From Cyanophora paradoxa CCMP329 (lineage: Eukaryota > Plantae > Glaucophyta), in contig QPMI01000206.1 of NCBI GenBank assembly GCA_004431415.1, forward strand, positions 1-64,000: DNA of 64,000 nucleotides. Direction: 5' to 3'. The notes under the pieces were generated by a model. The model was not told the origin of the DNA and searched no databases. It was given only the letters and a program-made list of their open reading frames with translations. How positions within the stretch are numbered: position 1 is the first letter of the stretch; every line of letters starts with the position of its first letter. Position numbers and translations under genes: made by a program. Positions 56,149-64,000 of the stretch are shown piece after piece.

Positions 56149-59032
56149 ATGTCCGAGCCAGCACGAGCTCGGCGAACTGGAGCACGGACAACGAGCATGC
56201 GGCGGGCTTCAGCAGTGCGTCGATCCGCGCCATGCGCCGCCTCGCGCTCCTCTGACGCCGGCGCTTCGCAGGCCCCGATATCTATCCTCGAGATCGTGAG
56301 GAGCCGCGGGCGGGCGGCGCCGGCCTGCTCCGGCAGAGCCTAGAGAAGCAGCAGTTCCTGGGGTCGATCAAGTGGCTCGCGCTCTCCCTTGTCGAGGAGC
56401 GAGACTCGACGGACGTGCGGACGGCCTCCTTCGCAACCGGTCGCCGTAACAGCACATCTGGATTCGCCGCAACGCTCCGCTCGGATTTGATCGAGGAGGT
56501 GCGTGCCGCTTCGCCGCCCCAGGCCGCCTGCCCCGCCGGCCGCGCTGAGAGAGGGGGCGCGCCGCTCGGGGGCCAGACGATCCTGCAGGCGCACCGGGCG
56601 GAGATGTCGCTGCAGGAGGAGAACAACCTGCGGTCGTGCCTGAAGCAGAGCGAGAAGCTGCTGCGGGAGTCGGTGGCGCGGGGCCGGCTGCTCTACGCGG
56701 CGAACGAGGACGGGAAGCTGCAGGCGCGGCTGAAGGACCTCGAGGCGCAGAAGATGCGCGCCGAGCTCGACGCCGCGCTCCGCGCCAACGAGGACCTCTC
56801 CTACTCCGCAATGGTGCGCGCCGCCTCGGCGCGAGCCGATCCTTGGAGGAGTCGGAGCAAGAACGGGGTCGGCGCAGATGAGCAAGAAGAACGAGTCGGC
56901 GATGCGGGCGCTGCTGGAGGAGTCGGAGCGGACCTTCGCCGAGAACCAGCGCGAGATCGCGGTGCGCGATTCGATCCGCGGGGCGTGGCGCGCGTGCCGA
57001 CGCCGCCGCTGGCCCGGCGCGGGCGCAGGCGCTGCGCGGGGAGAAGGAGGCGCTGGCGCGGGCCCTCCGCCAGGCCGAGGACAAGTGCCAGGTGCGGCCC
57101 TGGAGCCGCTGGCGCGCCGCGCTGGCCCCGGCCGACGCGGCGGCGGGGCGGCGGCAGGTGCTGCAGTTCAAGCTAGAGGCGGTGCAGCGCGACTACGCCG
57201 AGCTCGTCGTTGCCGGCGAGCGCGGCGCCCGCGCCGCCCGCCGGCCCCACGCCCCGGTTCGCCCCCTCGCGCGCGCGCCGCCCTCGCCGTCGCGGTCCGA
57301 CGAGGCCGGCCCCGGCAGCGTGCGGGTGCCGGCAGTGCGCGCGGCTGGCGCGGCGGGAGGCGAGCTTCGGCTCGACGGGGGCCGCCTCGGCGGAGAACGC
57401 CGCAGAGGGCGACGAAGAGCCCGCCCGCCGCGACAAGGTGCCCCCGGCCCGCCCCCCTCCGTCCCAGACGCCCACGCGCCGGGAACGCGGGAAGGGCCGG
57501 GCTCCGCCCGTCCGCTGCCTGCTGCCTCTAGAAGACGGTTCCCCTCCGCTCCTCCTCGGCGCCCACGCTCGCGCAGATGGCTGCGGAGCGGCGTCTGAAC
57601 GCGGCGCTGGAGGAGCGCCTCGAGGCTGAGCGCCTCCGCTGGTCCTCCAAGCGCGAGCGCGAGGCCCGCAACACGGCCTCCGCCTCCGCCTCCGCCCGCG
57701 CCGCTGCCGCCAAGGCCCGCGGCGGCGGCGGCGCGGCGAAGGAAGCGAGCTCGGAGCAGCTGCAGGCGCCGGAAGACCCGCACGCGCGCAAGTCCGGCGG
57801 CTCCTCCCGCTCCATCTCCTCCGCCGCCTCCGCCTCCCGCCGCCCCTCCGCCCCGCCCCACGCCCCCCGCTCCGGCTCCGGCGGCGGCTCCGGCTCCGGC
57901 GCGGGGAAGAGGCCCAAGGGGCGTCTCTCGCGAAAGAACAGCTCGGTGGCGGAGCGGGGGGCGGGGGCGGGGGCGGAGAAGCAGCCCGGGGAGGCGTCGG
58001 CGGCCCCCGGGGGGTTCATCCACTCCGTCCTCTCGACCCTCGGGCTCCGGGGTCGCCCCAGCGGCCACGACGACGGCTCCGTGCTGCACGTACCCCCCCT
58101 CGGCGCCCTCCCCAACAACCGCTACGGCGAGGCGGGCTCGGCCCCCGCGGCGCCCCCGGCGGCGCCGGCCGGCCCGGGCCCCTCCGCGGGGGCAGACGAC
58201 ACGTCGGACGACGAGGGCAGCTACGCAGACTCGGGGGTCGCCCCCTGCCCCCTGCCCCCCTCCGAGATCCCCTCGCCCCTCGGGACCCGCAAGGCCTCGG
58301 AGGGGTACGAGGCGCAGGACGGCGCCGCCTCGGGCCACGACTCCTCCCCCCGGGCCGTCGCCCGCCGCTCGGGGGCCGCCTGGGTGGCCGAGTGGGCGGA
58401 CGCCAGGGTGCACCATCCCGTACCCCACGCTCGCGCTCTCCCATATCCCCACTGACGCCCGGCTAGACCTCGGGGGGAAGCGCGGGCAGCGCGGGCGGTG
58501 GGGCCGCACCCACGGCGGCGGACTTCGCTGCGTGGACCAAGGCGCAGGCCGCCCATGCGCGCCGCCCCGTACCCCCTTCGATCCGGCCCCCTCTGACGCG
58601 CGCGTACCCCCAGGCCGGTTCCGTGGAGCTCTCGAAGCTGACGATGATGCTGGAGGCCCTCACTGAGCAGGTCGGCGCCGGCGCCGGCGTACCCCTTGAT
58701 CTCACCCCCCTTGATTTCGCGTACCCCAGGTGCTGTACCTGGAGAAGACGTCGGCGAAGCTGAAGGCGCGGTCGCGGGAGTGCCGGATCTGCAGCCGCGG
58801 GGCGCAGTCGTACCGGGGCCCGCCCCGCTCCGCCGCCGCGGCGTTCGCGGCCGCCAGCACCCCCGTGGACGGCCTGGTCACGTACCGCAAGATGCCCTCC
58901 ACGCTCCCCGAGCCGCAGCCGTCGCGCTCCTCGCCCACGCCGGCCGGCGCCGGCCGCCACTTCCGCACCCCGAGCCGCGACCTGAGGACCGTCTTCGAGG
59001 CGAGCGCGACGGAGAGCGCCCCCATAGCTTAG
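56149..59032 (+). CDS. Coiled-coil hypothetical protein, multi-exon
   Basis: Heptad-rich exons (LQARLKDLEAQKMRAELDAAL; RLNAALEERLEAE) flanked by GT/GC...CAG introns. Confidence 0.6.
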
Positions 59033-59171
59033 CGCCGCGCGTTAGCTCGATCCATATCTGTTTGAAGCGACGACGGCGTGATGGCGAGCTGGGATCCGCT
59101 GCTCCTTCGAATTCGCTACACGCTACCTATCTAGCAAGCTAAGGGGGCCTCGACGTTTGCGCGCCGGGCGG

Positions 59172-59726
59172 CTACTGCTTCTGCTCCTGGTTGTCCGGCG
59201 GGCTCTTGAAGCGCATGCGCCAGACGATGGGCGGGTTGAGGTCCTCCTCCTTCAGGAGCCGGCCGCGGTACTCGCCGAGGAAGTGGTCGACGTAGAGCAT
59301 CTTGCCGGCCTGCAGCCGGTGCGGGCCGTGCCGCTGCGGGCGCACGGATATCAGAGAGGCCCATAGCACAGTCCGGCCGATCGAGCGGGGGCCCCGGCGG
59401 CCGGCGTGCGCCGCGCGGCGATGCGGCGCACCACGTTGGAGAGCGCCTGCATGAAGCGGCCGCGCTCCTCCGAGTCCTTCGCATTGATCGCCTCGAGGCC
59501 TGCGCGGCGCGTGACTCGCGGCGCGGCGGCTGGGCGAAGACCTCGCTGACCTCGCTGGCGAAGCGAGCCAAAACCAATCGGCCTGACCTTCCGCTCGACC
59601 GCAACGGTTTTGACGCCCCTGCAGCCGCTCGCTGCGGCGCGGACGACGCCGGTCAAGCCGCGCTCCATCGGGAAGAACCGCAGTCCCGAAACGTGGGGTA
59701 CAGGCAGAGAGCGCGCCTTTGCTCAT
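59172..59726 (-). CDS. Small hypothetical protein, multi-exon
   Basis: Codon-biased exons GLEAINAKDSEERGRFMQALSNV and AGKMLYVDHFLGEYRGRLLKEEDLNPPIVWRMRF. Confidence 0.5.
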   Translation of the reverse strand: MSKGALSACTPRFGTAVLPDGARLDRRRPRRSERLQGRQNRCGRAEGQADWFWLASPARSARSSPSRRAASHAPRRPRGDQCEGLGGARPLHAGALQRGAPHRRAAHAGRRGPRSIGRTVLWASLISVRPQRHGPHRLQAGKMLYVDHFLGEYRGRLLKEEDLNPPIVWRMRFKSPPDNQEQKQ

Positions 59727-59811
59727 CGTAAGCGGCACGCGCAACAGTTCAGCGTGAAGGAGGGGTGCTCTTAGAGCTCCGCCGTCTGCCGCGGTGGCCT
59801 TCGCAGGGGCG

Positions 59812-62800
59812 ATGCAGGACGCGACAGCAGCGGTAGAAGTGCTCGTGCACGTTCACGCTGCCTCGCGGGCGTTCGAGGAGGCCCTCGGCCGTTCGTACGC
59901 CAAGACGGCTGCCGCCAAGCGGGCCCAAGCGGTGCGCTTTCGTATTTTGACGCCGGACCGCGATAGCTATAGGCGCGGGGCAGGCTTGGCCGGCCGAGCG
60001 TCCCCGCGCGCCTAGCGGCCCTCCAATGGCGCGTACGCATCGCGTGGGCGCTGATCGCACGCTCGCATCGGGCGGTGGCGCAGCTGATCGACGGCATCAC
60101 CGAATGCGTGCGCTTCCTCTTCGAGCACAGCGACGACCTCGCCAGCGCGGCGAACAAATCGGCCGAGTACCAGGCGGGCGCCTCCGCCTAACGCCGCCCG
60201 GCTCGGCTGACGCCTGGCGGGCGCGCAGGAGCAGCAGCACGAGGAGCACCCCGGGATGACCTGCGTGGGGAGCATGATGGCGCGCCTCCCTCCCTCCTCC
60301 CTCCCCCTGCGCCGGCCCCGCTGAGGCGTCCCCGGCAGGAGTCGCTGCACGAGCTGGTGCTGGCCTCGCTGGACGCCTTCGGGACGGACCCCGTCGCCCC
60401 CGCCGTCGTCGCCGCCCTCGCCGAGTACGCCTCCGCCGACCTCTTCGCCGCCGCCCTCCTCAAGGCCCGCCCCATGTGTCCCCTGCCCACGGTTCGAATC
60501 TTCGGTGCCGGTTTTCTGATTTCTTTAGCGGCCGCAGGAGACGAGCGGGGGCGTCCCCTACGTCGAGATCGTGCAGGTACCCCCCCCCCCCCCCCCCGTC
60601 GGAAGGGCTGCCTCTGAGGGCGGGCGGGCAGCGGTCGAGAAGGAAACGGGAGGCGCGGGCGGAGGCCGCGCCGGCGCCAGCGGAGGCCTCTCCGGCGCCA
60701 GCGGAGGCGGCGTCGGAGCCGGCGGGATCGGCCCCGGCCGAAGCGGCCCCGTCGGAGGCGGCGCCAGCAGCGTCTTCGGGGGACGCCCCAGCGGAGGCCC
60801 CCGGTCCCGCGGGGCCGGGGCCGGCGCCCCCGGACCCCGGCGCGATCCCGGCGCCGGCTCCGGAGCCCGGTCGGGAAGAGAAGGATCCCGGGCCGGCAGC
60901 GCCGACGGCGGCGGCGGCGGAGGAGGAGAAGAAGAAGAAAAGGAGGAGGGCGGGGCCGGGGAGGCCGGAGGCCCCGGGGCCCTTCTGGGGGGAGCTGAGG
61001 AGGCACAGCACGCGCCTCCTCGCCAACCTCCCCGTCTACGGTGCGCGCGCCCCGCAGGTCCAGAGGGGCCGGTCCAAGGGGCCGGGGCGGCAGAGGCGAG
61101 CCTGCAGGGGCTCTTTGGGGAGCTGGCGCGGGACGCCGCCGAGGACCCCGGCGTCCGCGAGAACGGTGCGCGGGGCGGGCCCAGGGGCAGGGGCGGGCGG
61201 GGCGTGCGAGCTGAGCGCGGGGCGGCGGCAGCGATCCGCGGACTCGCGCACGGGGCCTCCCACGGCCGCACCAGCGAGGTCCACGGCCGCCCGCGCCCCG
61301 GCCCCCCCCCCCGGGCCTGACGGGGCGGGCAGCGGAACGGGCGGGTGCTGGCGGCGACGCTCGTGAAGTTCGCGGCCCCAGGCGAGCCCGACGCCTTCGC
61401 TCTCGAGGGTGCGTACCCCTCCGCCTCTCCTTCGTTTGCGCCTGCGCTCGAGCGCGCCCTCACGCGCCCTCCGAACTTTGCAGCCGCGAAGGGCGTTCAC
61501 AACGTGGCGGGTGCGCCGCCCCTCCTCCGCCCCCGCCCCCGCCCCGCCCCCGCCCCGCCGACGCCGCGCGGCAGTGCGGTGGGAGGCGGCGCGGGAGCAG
61601 CTGGCGGAGTTCGCCCCCCGCTCCCTCCGCTGGCTCGCCCACCCCGACGTCACAAAGCAGGCGCGCAGGGGATGGGGGCGCGGGGGGGGGGTTGTTACGG
61701 TTGCAGAGGCGCGCTGAGCTCGCTTCGCCCGCCCCGCAGACCATCGCGTGCACCGTCCTCACCCACCTCGTCGTCGCCTGCGGTGCCCGGGGACGCGCTG
61801 GCATTCGAAGCGCGGTACCCTGCGCCCTGACAGCCCGCCCGCAGGCGCTCCGTTGGCCACCCGCCTCTGCGCTGACGGCGTCGTACCCCCCGCCGCCGCC
61901 CTCCTCAAGTCCCACTACCCCGACGCGCGCCGCCCTCAATCCCCCCCCCCTTCATCTCCCCCGCCTCACATTCCTGTACCCCCAGGTCCCCAAGTTCGCC
62001 CTGATCCTCCTCCGAAACCTCGCCGCCGAGGCGCCCGAGTCGCCCCCAATCGCCGCAGCCCTCCTCGAGCCCCGCGGCTGCCTCGTACCCCTCCTCATCT
62101 TCGCCAACAAGGCCGCCCTCCGCCTCTCCGGTACCCCCTTCCCCTTCCCCTTCCACCATTCTGTAACCCTGTACCCCCGCAGGAGACGATGCCGCGCTCG
62201 CGGAGTCCGAGTGCCTCGTGCGCCCTGCAAACTAGAGAAAGTGGCCCCGCACGGATTCGAACCCGCGTCTCGCAGGAGTGCGCGGGGCTGTTTGCGAACC
62301 TCGCGGCCGTCGGCCCCGACGCCAGCGCCCGCCTCCTCTCCGAGGCACGCCTGCACCCCGGAACTTTACCCCTTACCCCCAAGCTAATCCGCACCCTCGC
62401 AGGCGTCGCTGGTGCGGGCGGCGGGGCAGTGGCTGGGGGCGGGGCAGCACCCGGCCGTGCAGCACGGCGCCGTCCAGCTCTGCTTCAACATCGCCTCCTA
62501 CGCCAGGGTCCCCCGGCCTCGACCTTGCTCCCGGCCTCTTAGCGTTCTGACGGCCCGGCAGGAGCTGGGGCCGAGGATGCTGAAGCAGCGGTCCCTGATG
62601 GCCGGCCTGGCCGACATCTTGAGGAACGGGTACGCCGTTTATTTAAACGATACCGGGGGGTACGCCCCGACCGGACGCCGCCCAGGGGGGCCGCGAGGGA
62701 CACGGAGGACGACGTGATTCGGATATTCGGTACCCTGTACTTCGCGGCGGCGGGGGACCGGCCGCCCCTCTGCGCCCCGCGGGAGCGCGCCCGGGACGCT

Positions 62801-63574
62801 CCCGAGGTCCGAAGGGGGTACCCCCTCCCTCCGATCCGTCTTGACGCTGTACCCCCCAGCTGCGCCAGGCGCCGGCGGCTGCGGAGGACGGGGCGGGGCC
62901 CTCCGCCCCGAAGGAGTCACCTGAGGTGGGGGCAGTGCCCCTCGTCCCCCCCACCCCCCCTCGAGCCGCACTGAGAGCTTAAGGCGGGGCAGGAGGGCGG
63001 GGCGGAGCAGAAGGGCGAAGGGGCGGCGGATGCGAATTCGATGGCTGCGTCGGGGGCGCGGGAGGCGGCGCTGGCGGCGCTCTTCGGGGCGGGGGCGCTG
63101 CCGGGCCTCGCCCGCGTGCGCGCCTCCCGCGGGCCCCCGCCCTGCCCCCCAAGGGAGGCCCGCCGCCCCCGCGGGCCCCGCCCCGCCCGCCCGGGCGGCG
63201 GCGGCGCCGCCGCCGCGGGGCGCGACCGCGCGGCCGCCGAGACCGCCATGGCCGCGGTTCGTGTACCCCTCCCCGCTTCTTCCCCCCACCCGAACACGGG
63301 TACAGGTGGTGGAGGAGCTGGCGACGGCGCTGGCGGAGCACGCGGAGCGCTCCAAGGCCGCCGAGGTGCGCGGGCCGGGGGTGCGGGGGGGCAGCCAAAG
63401 GGCGCGGCGAGGCCTCTGACGCGGCGTTGCCTGCTGGGACGCAGCGGGCGCGGCGGCGGAGCGCGGCGGGGCAGGCGCCGTTCGTGGCGGCGCTGGCAGT
63501 GGCGGCGGTTGCTCTCTACCTCGCCCTCGCCCGCGCCCCCTGGCTCTACTGAGCAGCGCCGGCCCCGCGCTTAA
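59812..63574 (+). CDS. ARM/HEAT-like helical repeat protein, multi-exon
   Basis: Exons FALILLRNLAAE, ECAGLFANLAAVG and AVQLCFNIASY resemble ARM helix-3 (LxNL). The 3' end is approximate. Confidence 0.55.
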
Positions 63575-64000
63575 ACAAGTCGGTTTTGGCTAAATTAAAT
63601 TTATTAAACCTGCACACAACTCGGGAGGGTCCGAGCTGTACCGGTACCCCTTCGACAATTCCGGACGTGTACCCCACAGAGCGCCTCGCAGGCCCTCGCT
63701 CCCAGCAACCGGCCCGGCCCTCGGAAGCCTCCCGTCCTCGAGCTCTGTAACGCTCTTAAGCTTCTAGCGCCCGTATTGCCAAGGCGGAGCGCGATCTGCA
63801 GTCCCTGCGGCGGAAGAAAGCAGCGTGCGGTGCGGAGAGCAGGCTCCAGCGCGTGGGCCGCTGCAGCTGCGCATGCGGGATTGAGGCGCGCGCGCGACAA
63901 GGAGGTCTGCAGGCGCCGGCGGCCAGTCGCACAGTCGCGTCGATGGGGGCCTCGGAGAGCGTCGGTCGCTCCTCGACGTCGCTGACTGACCAGGGATCTG

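Noticed and set aside
62242-62268. tRNA gene on the minus strand (CGCGGGTTCGAATCCGTGCGGGGCCA); similar B-box-like strings near 19710, 19985 and 28202
   Set aside because: Only a T-arm/acceptor-like 3' fragment with an imperfect stem; no D or anticodon arm, and the upstream sequence is an exon.
19463-64000. Most long Arg/Pro/Gly/Ala-rich ORFs in the ORF track (e.g. 38377-42021, 35566-37989, 24052-26082)
   Set aside because: Artefacts of very high GC and stop-codon scarcity; they read through introns or lie antisense to real exons.

Overview
The window has two sharply different compartments. Positions 1 to ~19533 are AT-rich, intronless and gene-dense. They are the right-hand part of an endogenous Polinton-like / virophage-like DNA virus. 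It encodes a fibre-like protein, a patatin lipase fused to a discoidin domain, two divergent penton (minor capsid) genes, a double jelly-roll major capsid protein, an A32 packaging ATPase, two AT-hook proteins, an AEP primase-SF3 helicase, a GIY-YIG nuclease, a protein-primed family B polymerase and an rve integrase. A ~2 kb non-coding end follows, with helically phased tandem arrays, dyad repeats and a perfect 29-bp terminal hairpin, ending in ...CT inside a host F-box gene. The most striking cis-features are a ~180-bp iteron/hairpin module present twice with identical spacing (after the helicase and in the terminal region), the terminal hairpin, and CpG depletion that spares almost only TCG/CGA. 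Together they suggest an integrating virus that may combine an internal primase-helicase origin with terminal-protein priming. Positions ~19534 to 64000 are very GC-rich eukaryotic (protist/algal) host DNA with many short introns, frequently GC-AG. Host genes include UFM1, NXT1, two F-box genes, an LRR protein, an ADCY10-like cyclase-STAND protein, a CNBD-ankyrin cation channel with an atypical filter, a DUF4436 protein and a pair of paralogous membrane proteins. Host intergenic DNA is unusually packed with short perfect palindromes. Host exon boundaries were read by eye and are approximate.
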